Positions 11,801-25,037 of a stretch of DNA of 64,000 nt are shown here, one piece after another. Positions within the stretch are counted from its first letter, which is position 1; every line of letters starts with the position of its first letter. The DNA lies in assembly GCA_002269645.1 (NCBI GenBank), contig NIVC01000528.1, positions 248,001-312,000 of the forward strand, read 5' to 3'. The translations under genes were made by a program, and so were the position numbers. This DNA comes from Macrostomum lignano. Lineage: Eukaryota. The notes beneath the pieces were generated by a model that did no database searches, was not told where the DNA came from, and saw nothing but the letters and a program-made list of their open reading frames with translations.

Positions 11801-14800
11801 CCATCACAGAACCGCCTTCACGCCCCGTCACCCACTGCTAAAAGTGCAGCTAATTCGTACCTGAAAATCCGCATTGAAGGTTCCTCAGCGACGTCTCCCC
11901 AGACGAGGATTCGCCACCGCCCAAGTGAGATCTGCTCACACTGTGGTCACTTCTTATAGAAGTTTTCATTCTCTTTGTAATAAGGTAGCAACTATTCACC
12001 ACCTATCTGAGCTGCCTGCTTCGCCTGTGCTGTGCAGCAGCCAGGAAAGATCGCGCTGCATTTTGTGGAATTTGTTTTGAAAGCCAGTCTTCAAGAAAGT
12101 GTTCAATTCTATGAATGACGCAGTTACTCGTAAGGCAGTAAAAAAGTACTCAAATTTGGCTTGCAGCGGGGTAGTGAGCTGTAAAGCACAGAGATGCACT
12201 TTTAGCCATTGCCCAGTGCGCTCGATCTCGGCGCTGGATGTTGGCGCTGCATGGCATGCCCAGCTGTAGAATGCGGCTGTAGAATGCGCTCTCTGTAGCC
12301 AAGCTAAGGCTCTGCGCAATTGTTTTTGGTATCAACTTTATTGTTACTGTGTTGTAGCTTTTTTACTTTTTTCACAGTTTATTAAGAACGTTCGCTTACC
12401 TTTAATTTTGTGGAATCTCTGTCCGATTTTCATAGTCTGTGCGGCAGTTTCACCCGCAGCGCCAATTTTTTACTTGTGCACCAATGTTAAATTCGCCACA
12501 TAAAAGGGACCTTTTATGATCAGGTTAAAAGGATTACCAGCCTTGAGAACCCCCTCTGAAACGTCCTTGAGAACCCCCTCTGAAACGTCTTTGAGAATCG
12601 CCTCTGAAACGACCTTGAGAACCCCCTCTGAAACGTCCTTGAGAATCGCCTCTGAAACGACCTTGAGAACCCCCTCTGAAACGTCCTTGAGAATCGCCTC
12701 TGAAACTACCTTGAGAACCCCCTCTGAAACGTCCTTGAAAACCCTATCTAAAACGAACTTGAAAATCTCCTATGAAACGTTCTTAAGAATTTTAAAACGA
12801 CCTTGAGAACCCCCTCTGAAACGTCTTTGAGAATCGCCTCTAAAACGACCTTGAGAACCCCCTCTGAAACGTCCTTGAGAACCCTCTCTGAAACGTCCTT
12901 GAGAATCGCCTCTGAAACGACCTTGAGAACCCCCTCTGAAACGACCTTGAGAACCCCCTCTGAAAAGTCCTTGAGAACCCCCTCTGAAAAGTCCTTGAAA
13001 ACCCCCTTTAAAACGTCCTTGAAAACCCTCTCTGAAACGAACTTGAAAATCGCCTCTGAAACGTTCTTAAGAATTTTAAAACGTCCTTGAGAAGCGCCTC
13101 TAAAACGTCCTTGAGAAGCGCCTCTGAAACGTTCTTGAGAACTCCCTCTGAAACGACCTTGAGAAGCGCCTCTGAAAGGACCTCTGAAAGGAATCCCCCT
13201 GAGACGTCCATAGGAATTTTTCCTGAAGCGTACTTTAGAATCGCCCCAGAAATGTACTTCAGAATCGCACTTTGAACTTCCATAAGAATCCCTACTCACT
13301 TGAAGCGTCTCTGAGCAGTCTTAGATCGCCGCGATCATCAATCGGCCTATGCCAACTTCCAACTTCCAAGATTCCAACCAACCCCATTCGCAGTTCCGCC
13401 CTGCATGACCATCACGCCATCAGCGCCCCAGGTGGCGGCCTGGGCGCAACTCCGAGGCCCGACCGGCAGCGCCCCGGCGTTGGAGACGCCGCCTTCCTGC
13501 CGATGAGCGCCGGTCACCCAAACGGCATCGAGCATCTGCGCAACCTCATCGATGACTCGCTGCCCGTGTCCAGTGAGTGACAGCTGTGTTCTTGCTTACT
13601 ACATGCACATGCTGTGACTTTACTATGCCTCCATCTTCGGCTCTTTCCATTTGACCCAATTATTCCCGCAACTTAGGACCCAGTCATTATCATAACCTGA
13701 CCCACCATCCCCACTTCTGACCCACTCATCCCCAGTCCTGACCCACTCATCCCCACTTCTGACTCATTCACCCCCACTGCTGACCCACTCATCCCCACTT
13801 CTGACTCATTCACCCCCACTGCTGACCCACTCATCCCCACTTCTGACTCATTCACCCCCACTGCTGACCCACGCATCCTCATCCTGCCCGCAGCCGCAGA
13901 CTGCAGCAACGCCAGTCTCTCGTCAAACGCGCCAGTCGCAACTGGCGGCGCCGCCGGCCCGCTGTCTGCTCCGCCCTCCTCGCCTCCGCCGCTTTCGTCC
14001 CCGGCGGCCAGCCCGCAGTTGCAGCGGCAGCAGCAGCCGGCGCCGCCATTGCCGCGGCCGGAAATTCGCCTGCTGCCGTCAACGCCGTTGGAGCGGCAGG
14101 AGGCGGAGCCGCTGTGCCAGGGCCCGCTGGAGCGGAAGTCGATTTTTAAGCTGGGCAAGCGGCAGACCCGCTCCCGCTATCGCCGCTTCTGGGCCGAGCT
14201 GACCCTGGAAGCGTCCGGGCCGCAGCTGCGCCTCTACCCGCCCTGCCAGCGCCTGCTGCTGCCGTCCTCCTTCAGCGGCGGCGACCGCCGCCGGCACTAC
14301 AAGGAAGCGTGGAAGCACGCGCAGTCGCTGGAGAACGCATCGCTGGTTGACGATGTCGGCGAGGTGGACAGCCGCGGCAGGCAGCTGCAGCTGCCGCAGG
14401 GGGGCAACCGGCTGGCGTTCCAGATCAACTTTGATGACCAGTGCGGTGAGGCTGCCTGAGGCTGCTGTTGAGATCCTCGAACCCCCTTGACACCACCTCC
14501 AATCTCTAATCTATTCACATCATCTCCTTTCTCTAATCCCATTCACATCATCTCCAATCTCTAATCCCATTCACAACATCTCCTTTCTCTAATCCCATTC
14601 ACATCATCTCCAATCTCTAATCCCATTCACATCATCTCCAATCTCTAATCCCATTCACATCATCTCCTTTCTCTAATCCCATTCACATAATCTCCAATCT
14701 CTAATCCCATTCACATAATCTCCAATCTCTAATCCCATTCACATCATCTCCAATCTCTAATCTATTCACATCATCTCCTTTCTCTAATCCCATTCACATA

Positions 14801-16024
14801 ATCTCCAATCTCCAATCTCTAATCCCATTCACATCATCTCCAATCTCTAATCTATTCACATCATCTCCTTTCTCTAATCCCATTCACATAATCTCCAATG
14901 TCTAATCCCATTCACATAATCTCCCATCTCTAATCCTATTCACATAATCTCCAATCTATAATCCCATTCACACCATCTCCTTTCTCTAATCCCATTCACA
15001 TAATCTCCCATCTCTAATCCTATTCACATAATCTCCAATCTCTAATCCCATTCACACCATCTCCTTTCTCTAATCCCATTCACATAATCTCCAATCTCTA
15101 ATCCCATTCACAACATCTCCAATCTCTAATCTATTCACATCACCTCCCATCTCTAATCCATTCACATCATCTCCAATCTCTAATCTATTCACATCATCTC
15201 CTTTCTCTAATCCCATTCACATAATCTCCAATCTCTAATCCCATTCACATCATCTCCAATCTCTAATCCCATTCACATAATCTCCCATCTCTAATCCTAT
15301 TCACATAATCTCCAATCTCTAATCCCATTCACATCATCTCCCATCTCTAATCCTATTCACATAATCTCCAATCTCTAATCCCATTCACACCATCTCCTTT
15401 CTCTAATCCCATTCACATAATCTCCAATCTCTAATCCCATTCACAACATCTCCAATCTCTAATCTATTCACATCACCTCCCATCTCTAATCCATTCACAT
15501 CATCTCCAATCTCTAATCTATTCACATAATCTCCAAACTCTAATCCCATTCACATCATCTCCAATCTCTAATTCAATTCATTAAAATCCCAGAATCCCTT
15601 TCTCACAAAATCTCACAATCTTTTCCAATCATTTTAAAATGAAAAAATCTCAATTTTCTCAGAATGCTCTCTAATCCCACTCATTAATTCTCAAGTAGCA
15701 CTGGAAATCCCCTAATTTAATTTCCTCTCAGAGTCGGCCGCCGGCAGGCAGCACGCCTCCTTATCGGGCCTGAAGTTCAGCAGCTACAAGTACCGCGTCT
15801 GCCACGGTGGCTCCGCGGCGGCGGCGGCAGCGGCGGCCGGACAGCCGCTTCCAGGCCGGGACCACTGGGTGGCCGCCATCCGGCAGGCCATCGACATGTG
15901 TCGTCAGGAGAAGGCGCTGATCGACTTCAACGACGCTGCACCGTCGACCCTGACGATGGCGGCGGCGTCGGCCACCACGGCGTCGAGCAGCCGGAGCGGC
16001 AGCGCCGAGTGGACCTGCCTGTGA
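8823..16024 (+). CDS. RALGPS: RalGPS-type Ral guanine nucleotide exchange factor (CDC25 RasGEF + PH); exons 8823-9124, 9826-10231, 10792-10926, 11016-11337, 13325-13572, 13894-14445, 15732-16024; start exon not located
   Basis: [88 protein letters not shown] and a PH domain ([14 protein letters not shown]...RRFWAEL) match RalGPS1/2. Splice phases are consistent across all junctions. Confidence 0.9.
9158..9780 (+). repeat. 27-bp intronic minisatellite (CAGGGTGAGATTCTAGATCGGAGATCT)
   Basis: Tandem units with length variants; accounts for the repetitive ORFs on both strands. Confidence 0.95.
10451..10763 (+). repeat. 23-bp intronic minisatellite (GTTAGATAGCTTGAACCAGAAGT)
   Basis: About 12-13 near-identical tandem units. 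Confidence 0.95.
11495..11830 (+). repeat. 28-bp intronic minisatellite (CAGAACCGCCTTCACGCCCCATCCATCA)
   Basis: About 12 tandem units. Confidence 0.95.
12541..13200 (+). repeat. 24-bp intronic minisatellite (CCTTGAGAACCCCCTCTGAAACGT) with a larger internal duplication
   Basis: Tandem units; the block ending ttcttaagaattttaaaacg occurs twice (~12780-12800 and ~13065-13083). Confidence 0.92.
13697..13872 (+). repeat. 21/42-bp minisatellite abutting a 3' splice site (CTGACCCACTCATCCCCACTT / CTGACTCATTCACCCCCACTG)
   Basis: Alternating 21-mers ending about 20 nt before the 13894 acceptor. Confidence 0.9.
14497..15575 (+). repeat. 28-bp intronic minisatellite (TCTAATCCCATTCACATCATCTCCAATC)
   Basis: About 38 tandem units. 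Confidence 0.95.
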
Positions 16025-16904
16025 CGTTCTGGGTGCACCGGTCTTTTTTGATTGGCGGTTTTTAATAAAAATTGTTGTCACCGATATTAGATACTGGCAG
16101 TAGACCGTTGAAAACGTTACTGGGACATTGCAAACAACTCTTTAGCGACTCTCGGGCGCTGAAGCTTGTGAATTTTCAACGATTCAAACGATTGCAATGC
16201 GACGGAGAGGCGACTGTTGAGTCACGAGCGCATCACGTGAGTTGCAGAATCGTAAAAGAGTCTCGAAAATGTCGTCCAAGAGCCGTTGTGTTAGCGCTTG
16301 ACTTTCTACTCACTTGAGTAGACTTAATAGAGTTCTTGCTTTGAATCAGAAAAAAATATCCTACGTTTTTACTATAGTTTATTTTCGCTATTCTTTTTCT
16401 ACAACCAAGTGACAGATTCTGTCCAACTTATTTTATCTCAATACTTTGTGCTGCCCGTCACTAATAAATTTGCAGTTTTATCAGACCCAGAGTCTGCGTT
16501 GTTTATCAGCCCGTTTTTACAATCCTGTCGTTCATTCTGCTGTCAAAATACGCTGTCTTAAATTCTAGATCTTACATGCTTAAACTGAAATGTTCCTACC
16601 TGGATTATACTACTATTGCTGTGCTATTTGTGAGTAGGCTAGTGCGATTCTTTCACTCCATGTGTTTGCTTAGTTTTTACAATTTATTGCTTGCTTCTTT
16701 TTCAGCCCGTTCTTATAACAACCTCACACTGCTTTTAACTTTCATTCGTTCAGATCCTTTTTACTTATAAATTTGTTTTCTTCACGTGTACGCTATTAGC
16801 TGCAACGCGCCATTTTGAACCTGTTGCTAGGGCTTAGAATTAGCTCGCTTTGAGTGAGCTCGATGTACAGCTTGCTTGTTGCTGTGCTTGGCTTGTAGAT
16901 CCCC

Positions 16905-17260
16905 ATCTAACTGGCCCCCTCTATCTACCTCTCCTATCTAACCCCTCTCCACCTCCCCTATCTAACCCCTCCCTACCTTTTCTATCTAACCCGTCCCCAC
17001 CTCCCCTATCTAACCCCTCCCCACCTCCCCTATCTAACCTCTCCCTTCCTTCCCTATCTACCCCCTCCCTACTTCCCTTATCTAACCTCTGCCTACCTTC
17101 CCTATCTAACCCACCTAACCCTCCCTACCTCTCTACCTCCCTCTCTACTCCCATCTACTTCCCCTCTCTACCTCTCTATTTTCTACATACCATCCCGACC
17201 TTTCTCCCTACCCCCTACTATCTCCTCTGTAGCCCACTCTACCTTTCCTATCCCTCACCC
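16905..17260 (+). repeat. Pyrimidine-rich low-complexity repeat (CCCTATCTAACC-like)
   Basis: Degenerate tandem C/T-rich units. Confidence 0.8.
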
Positions 17261-17875
17261 ATCCAGTCTCCCCCAGTCCCAGCCTGGCCCATCCCGCCAG
17301 TCTGCATATCAGCTTGTACATACTGCCGTACGTACTGTGTACCCTGCGTGATTTCTTATTGTAGTTCTCTGTTTAACTACCCAGCAGACTGCTGCATGGG
17401 CCCGAGAATTCCATCGAAAATCTATGGACCAATTATAATAATTGCCCAGCTAGGGCCAGTTCATTCTCAAATATTTTAATAGTAATTTTTTATACGAGAG
17501 TTCACACAGCAACTGCTGCAGAGTGTTTGAGCTCGACTCTACAGTGTGTGTTTTTTGGGGACATTGTTTTTTGGAGACTCATTCGCTAGAGAGGAATGCT
17601 GGAATTCAAGCTCAGTTGAGCAGCTTTTTTGTTTACTTCTGCTCTACTAACTGAGCAGGGAAACTTGAGAATTAAAAGAATAAATCTTCCTTCTGTTGGC
17701 TAAGGGATTTGCTAAAGGAAATTGAAATTCGACTGCTTGTACCTGCTAGGGGACGACCGGGCCAATGGCAGAACTCCATTGACAGAGTTTTTTAGCTTCT
17801 GCCGGGGCGCGCTGGTTTAAGGGCAAGGCCTGACTCTACTGTAAAACAAAACTTTAGCTTTCTACTGTGTATTAA

Positions 17876-18340
17876 AGCTACTTCACTGGCAGATTCTGCT
17901 CGTGTGTGAAGCTTCACTGGCAGATTCTACTCGTGTGTGAAGCTTCACTGGCAGACTCTACTCGTGTGTGAAGCTTCACTGGCAGATTCTACTCGTGTGT
18001 GAAGCTTCACTGGCAGATTCTACTCGTGTGTGTGTGAAGCTTCACTGGCAGATTCTACTTGTGTGTGAAGCTTCACTGGCAGATTCTACTCGTGTGTGTG
18101 TGAAGCTTCACTGGCAGATTCTACTCGTGGCTGAAGCTTCACTGGCAGATTCTACTCGTGTGTGAAGCTTCACTGGCAGATTCTACTCGTGTGTGAAGCT
18201 TCACTGGCAGACTCTACTCGTGTGTGAAGCTTCACTGGCAGACTCTACTCGTGTGTGAAGCTTCACTGGCAGATTCTACTTGTGTGTGAAGCTTCACTGG
18301 CAGATTCTACTCGTGTGTGAAGCTTCACTGGCAGATTCTC
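17876..18340 (+). repeat. 29-bp minisatellite containing a 12-bp palindrome GTGAAGCTTCAC
   Basis: Unit GTGTGAAGCTTCACTGGCAGATTCTACTC, about 16 copies, ending ~30 bp before the CNG ATG. Confidence 0.95.
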
Positions 18341-18371
18341 ACACTTAATCCTCGGAGATCCAAACGGGAAA

Positions 18372-21300
18372 ATGTCCAACCCGTCGGCCTCGGGCAACCA
18401 GCTGGGGTCCAGCAGCCGTAGACAGCGTAGCAGCTTCGCAGCCGTGGACCCGGACAGTCCGGCCGCATTCTGCTGGTCCGCTGCGGTGTCTTTCGCCGTC
18501 CTTTATAACCTCTGGCTGCCGCTGTTCCGCCTGGCCTTCGCCGAGGTGACCGCCGCCACAGCGCGCGTGTGGCTGCCGCTGGACTATGCGGCCGACTGCG
18601 TCTACCTGGCGGACATTGCTGTGTCCCTGCGCACCGGCTTCCTGGAGGACGGCGTGCGGCAGCTCGACCCGGCGAAGATGCGGGCTCGCTACCTGGCTAG
18701 CGGCAGATTCTGCGCCGACTGTTTGAGCCTGCTGCCCCTGGACTGCCTCTACCTTGCATTGGGCTTCAGCTCGGCGCTCCGGGCCCTCCGGCTGTGCAAG
18801 GTGGATGGATAAATGCCAATGCAGCGTATATCGATAGGTTGTTGAGGGCTGGACTTCGGGACTTAGGGCGTCTTGGCCGTAGACATTCTCAGCGAGCAAA
18901 CTGCTTCAGCTGGTTTAACTTGTGCGAAGATCTTGCACGAACCTCTAAACTACTGTGAATGGCGTCTACATGCGCAATACCTGGGGGAGGGATCTCAAGT
19001 CACATATAGTCTGTGGGGAAGAGATCTCAAGGCGCATACAGACTCCAAGGGAGAGATCTCAAGGCGCATACAGTCTCCAAGGGAGAGTTCTCAAGGCACA
19101 TACAGTCTCCAAGGGAGAGTTCTCAAGGCACATAGTCTCCAAGGAAGAGATCTCAAGGCGCATACAGCTTCCAAGGAAGAGATCTCAAGGCACATACAGA
19201 CTCCAAGGGAGAGATCTCAAGGCGCATACAGCTTCCAAGGAAGAGATCTCAAGGCACATACAGACTCCAAGGGAGAGTTCTCAAGGCGCATACAGCTTCC
19301 AAGGAAGAGATCTCAAGGCACATACAGACTCCAAGGAAGAGATCTCAAGGCACATACAGACTCCAAGGGAGAGTTCTCAAGGTGCATACAGCCTCCAAGG
19401 AAGAGATCTCAAGGCACATACAGACTCCAAGGGAGAGTTCTCAAGGTGCATACAGCCTCCAAGGAAGAGATCTCAAGGCATATACAGACTCCAAGGGAGA
19501 GTTCTCAAGGTGCATACAGCTTCCACACGTCCCCGCAGGTGTACAAGCTGGCGCAGTTCCTGGACAGGCTCGAACGGCACGCCAGCTACCCGAACTGTGT
19601 CCGAGTCGCCAAGCTGCTGCACCACCTGCTGTTTCTGATCCACGCCAACGCCTGCCTGCTGCAGCTGTGGGGTGCCACCGCGCCAGAGAGCTCGGAGGGT
19701 AGCTCAGCCATCGCCGAGCGGTACTTGAGCAGCCTCTACCGCAGCTGCCTGTCAGTGGCTTTGATGTCCGACCTGCCGCTGTCCAGCAGACGCGCCACCG
19801 ATTGCGCCTTTGCCGTCTCGCAGATGGTGTTGGGCCTGCTGGTCTTCGCCAGCGTCCTGGGTCACGTGACCGCCATGCTGGCCGACTGCGACAGGGGAAG
19901 GCAGGATTTCCAGAGTGAGCTGGCGGAGTGACACGTTTTGCAAGTCCCGACATCCAATCTGTTTGTTGATCCTATAGGATAGCTACTATCTATAGTCAAT
20001 AATTGACACTAATTATAGTCAATCCTGACACTAATTATAGTCAATCCTGACACTAATTATAGTCAATCCTGACACTCATTGCGGCGATACTGCACCGATT
20101 ATAGGAAATTTTCTGGTATTCCATACGATTTCATTCTGCAGTACACGCGCATGTAGACACGCCAGTACAGACAGTGTCCTGGCACAGACACAGCGGATAC
20201 AGACAGTTCACTTAGTAGGGCCGTAGCAGCTAAAGCGGTCTAGCGCGGCGCGGCGCTCTGATGCGCCAGCGGCCCAGGCTCGATTCCAAGTGCAGTCACA
20301 TTAATTTGGGGCTGAATTGGAATCTCGGCTTGGCTCTGCTCGTGCAATTAACGGCCTTGAGGGCCAACCCCCAAGGCACAGTGAAGTGTACATGCCTAAC
20401 GATGAATCAAGTTAGGGCCGCTGTACACTCCTGTGTGAGTGTGTGCCTGTGCGTATGACTGCGTACGCATTCGCGCGCTTGTGTGCCTGCTCAGCGGAGC
20501 CGGCTTAAAGTGCGCCAGGGCGCACACAGCCCCTGCCTCTAATAAACTCTTGTGCAGTGCCCCAACCGCCTAGCAATGCCAGGAAATGGTTGCATACTTG
20601 AAAAACTCGCCTGGCACCCAGCCCTGGGCCCGCCGCCAATACAGCAAGAGTATTGATAAATCGACCAGCTGCCCAGACAAGCCCTGGGCAAATATTTGAT
20701 GTCGGGGCAAACAGCTGAGGCGAAATCGGGGAAGACGCGAAGCAGAAAACTCGTATTTTATTTGATTTTGGTATTCACTGAATCTTTGGGTTTGCTGCGG
20801 ATGAGTGACAGGTTGGAATTGGGTCAGATGTGGCTGCGGTGCCTGAGGCCTTGGAGACGACATGAGGTCGGAATCGCATCTGCTATCTGGACGATTCTGG
20901 GGATGCAAGATTAATAGGCTAGTGTGTAGCCCCACTGACATGTAGGTTTCCATTAGTAGTGCATGTAACCCTTCATAAAATTATGATCAGTAAGTTGCCT
21001 GACCTAAGATTAGGGTCAGTAAGTTGCCTGACCTAAGATTAGGGTCAGTAAGTTGCCTGACCTAAGATTATGATCAGTAAGTTTCCTGACCTAAGATTAG
21101 GGTCAGTAAGTTGCCTGACCTAAGATTAGGATCAGTAAGTTTCCTGACCTAAGATTAGGGTCAGTAAGTTGCCTGACCTAAGATTATGATCAGTAAGTTT
21201 CCTGACCTAAGATTAGGATCAGTAAGTTGCCTGACCTAAGATTATGATCAGTAAGTTGCCTGACCTAAGATTAGGGTCAGTAAGTTGCCTGACCTAAGAT

Positions 21301-24300
21301 TATGATCAGTAAGTTGCCTGACCTAAGATTATGATCAGTAAGTTGCCTGACCTAAGATTAGGATCAGTAAGTTGCCTGACCTAAGATTATGATCAGTAAG
21401 TTGCCTGACCTAAGATTATGATCAGTAAGTTGTCTGACCTAAGATTAGGATCAGTAAGTTGCCTGACCTAAGATTATGATCAGTAAGTTGCCTGACCTAA
21501 GATTATGATCAGTAAGTTGCCTGACCTAAGATTAGGATCTGTAAGTTTCCTGACCTAAGATTAGGGTCAGTAAGTTGCCTGACCTAAGATTATGATCAGT
21601 AAGTTGCCTGACCTAAGATTAGGATCAGTAAGTTGCCTGACCTAAGATTATGATCAGTAAGTTGCCTGACCTAAGATTATGATCAGTAAGTTGCCTGACC
21701 TAAGATTAGGATCAGTAAGTTGCCTGACCTAAGATTAGGGTCAGTAAGTTGCCTGACCTAAGATTAGGGTCAGTAAGTTGCCTGACCTAAGATTATGATC
21801 AGTAAGTTTCCTGACCTAAGATTAGGGTCAGTAAGTTGCCTGACCTAAGATTAGGATCAGTAAGTTTCCTGACCTAAGATTAGGGTCAGTAAGTTGCCTG
21901 ACCTAAGATTATGATCAGTAAGTTTCCTGACCTAAGATTAGGATCAGTAAGTTGCCTGACCTAAGATTATGATCAGTAAGTTGCCTGACCTAAGATTAGG
22001 GTCAGTAAGTTGCCTGACCTAAGATTATGATCAGTAAGTTGCCTGACCTAAGATTATGATCAGTAAGTTGCCTGACCTAAGATTAGGATCAGTAAGTTGC
22101 CTGACCTAAGATTATGATCAGTAAGTTGCCTGACCTAAGATTATGATCAGTAAGTTGTCTGACCTAAGATTAGGATCAGTAAGTTGCCTGACCTAAGATT
22201 ATGATCAGTAAGTTGCCTGACCTAAGATTATGATCAGTAAGTTGCCTGACCTAAGATTAGGATCTGTAAGTTTCCTGACCTAAGATTAGGGTCAGTAAGT
22301 TGCCTGACCTAAGATTATGATCAGTAAGTTGCCTGACCTAAGATTAGGATCAGTAAGTTGCCTGACCTAAGATTATGATCAGTAAGTTGCCTGACCTAAG
22401 ATTATGATCAGTAAGTTGCCTGACCTAAGATTAGGGTCAGTGAGTTGCCTGACCTAAGATTATGATCAGTAAGTTGCCTGACCTAAGATTATGATCAGTA
22501 AGTTGCCTGACCTAAGATTAGGATCTGTAAGTTTCCTGACCTAAGATTAGGGTCAGTAAGTTGCCTGACCTAAGATTATGATCAGTAAGTTTCCTGACCT
22601 AAAATTAGGGTCAGTAAGTTTCCTGACCTAAGATTAGGATCAGTAAGTTGCCTGACCTAAGATTAGGATCAGTAAGTTGCCTAACCTAAGATTAGGATCC
22701 CTAAGTTGCCTGACCTAAGATTAGAATCAGTAAGTTGCCTGACCTAAGATTAGGATCAGTAAGTTGCCTGACCTAAGATTAGGATCAGTAAGTTGCCTGA
22801 CCTAAGATTATGATCAGTAAGTTGCCTGACCTAAGATTATGATCAGTAAGTTGCCTGACCTAAGATTAGGATCTGTAAGTTTCCTGACCTAAGATTATGA
22901 TCAGTAAGTTGCCTGACCTAAGATTATGATCAGTAAGTTGCCTGACCTAAGATTATGATCAGTAAGTTGCCTGACCTAAGATTATGATCAGTAAGTTGTC
23001 TGACCTAAGATTAGGGTCAGTGAGTTGCCTGACCTAAGATTATGATCAGTAAGTTGCCTGACCTAAGATTATGATCAGTAAGTTGCCTGACCTAAGATTA
23101 GGATCTGTAAGTTTCCTGACCTAAGATTAGGGTCAGTAAGTTGCCTGACCTAAGATTATGATCAGTAAGTTTCCTGACCTAAGATTAGGGTCAGTAAGTT
23201 TCCTGACCTAAGATTAGGATCAGTAAGTTGCCTGACCTAAGATTAGGATCAGTAAGTTGCCTAACCTAAGACTAGGATCACTAAGTTGCCTGACTTAAGA
23301 TTAGAATCAGTAAGTTGCCTGACCTAAGATTAGGATCAGTAAGTTGCCTGACCTAAGATTAGGATCAGTAAGTTGCCTGACCTAAGATTAGGATCTGTAA
23401 GTTGCCTGACCTAAGATTAGGATCTGTAAGTTGCCTGACCCAAGATTAGGATCAGTAAGTTGCCTGACCCAAGATTAGGATCAGTAGTTGCCTGACCTAA
23501 AATTAGAATAGGTTTTGCGGCATCCAACCTAAACTTAGGACTCAAAGTCCCCCTGCCAAAGTTCGCCCCCTGCCGCGACCCGCAGGCCGCCTGGACCAGG
23601 TCAAGAGCTACATGGAGAACCGTCGGGTGCCTCATCAGCTGCAGCGGCGCGTAATTCGCTGGTTCGATCATCTCTGGCGCCACTCGGGCCTTCAGGACTG
23701 CAACGAGACGGCGGCGCTGGCCTCGCTGCCGGACAAGCTGCAGGCGGAGCTGGCCATCCATGCGCACCTGGACACGCTGAAGCGGGTGGACATGTTCCAC
23801 AACACTGAGGAGGGCTTCCTCACCGACCTGGTGTTGCGCCTGCGGCCGGTGCTCTTCTCGCCTGGGGATTTCGTGTGCAGGAAGGGTGAGATTTTGAGCA
23901 GGGTGGGGTGAGATTTTGGACAGGGCGTATGAGATTTTGGACAGGGTGGGGTGAGATTTTGGACAGGGTGGGTGAGATTTTGGACAGGATGGGGTGAGAT
24001 TTGTACAGGATGGGGTGAAATTTGAACAGGATAGGGTAAGGTTTTCGACAGGGTAGGGTGAGATTTTGGACAGGGTTTGGTTAGACTTTATACAAGAGAA
24101 GTGAGATTTTTGGCACGGTGGGTGAGATTTTGGACAAGGTGGGTGATTTTATACAGGATGGGGCGAGATTTTAGTAAGTAGGGTGATTGTCTAGTAGATA
24201 AGGCTGAGATTTGAGATTAGATTGAGACTGCCCCATGTAGCCATCAATTCTCGCCTCCCGGCCGCAGGCGAGGTGGGCCGGCAGATGTACATTGTGAGCC

Positions 24301-24594
24301 AGGGCCGGCTGCAGGTGATGTCAGACGGCTCCGACCGCGCCCTGGCCACGCTGCGGGCCGGCTGCTACTTTGGCGAGATCTCCGTGCTGAGCCTCGGCCG
24401 CATGGGCAGCCGGCGCACGGCCTCAGTGCGCTCTGTGGGCTACTCGCAGCTGCTCTGCCTGGCCCGCGCCGACCTCTGGGCGGTGCTGGAGGACCACCCG
24501 GCGGCCCGTGTGCAGCTGGAAGCCATCGCGACGCGGCGGCTCAGGGCGATCGAGCAAAGGACCACTGGGGAGGGTGAGAGATTGGATTGTGGCC

Positions 24595-24649
<55 letters not shown>

Positions 24650-24746
24650 TGGACAGGCAGACAGACAGACAGATAGACAGGCAGACAGGCAGACAGACAG
24701 ACAGACAGACAGACAGACACTCTGACAGACAGACAGACAGACAGGC

Positions 24747-24819
<73 letters not shown>

Positions 24820-24946
24820 CTCTGACAGACAGACAGACAGACAGGCAGACAGACAGACAGACAGACAGATAGACAGGCAGACAGGCAGACAGACAGACAG
24901 ACAGACAGACAGACACTCTGACAGACAGACAGACAGACAGGCAGGC

Positions 24947-25037
<91 letters not shown>

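Noticed and set aside
20218-20295. Functional tRNA gene
   Set aside because: No clean cloverleaf or acceptor stem; it continues into a body shared with 53490-53745, so it is a SINE head.
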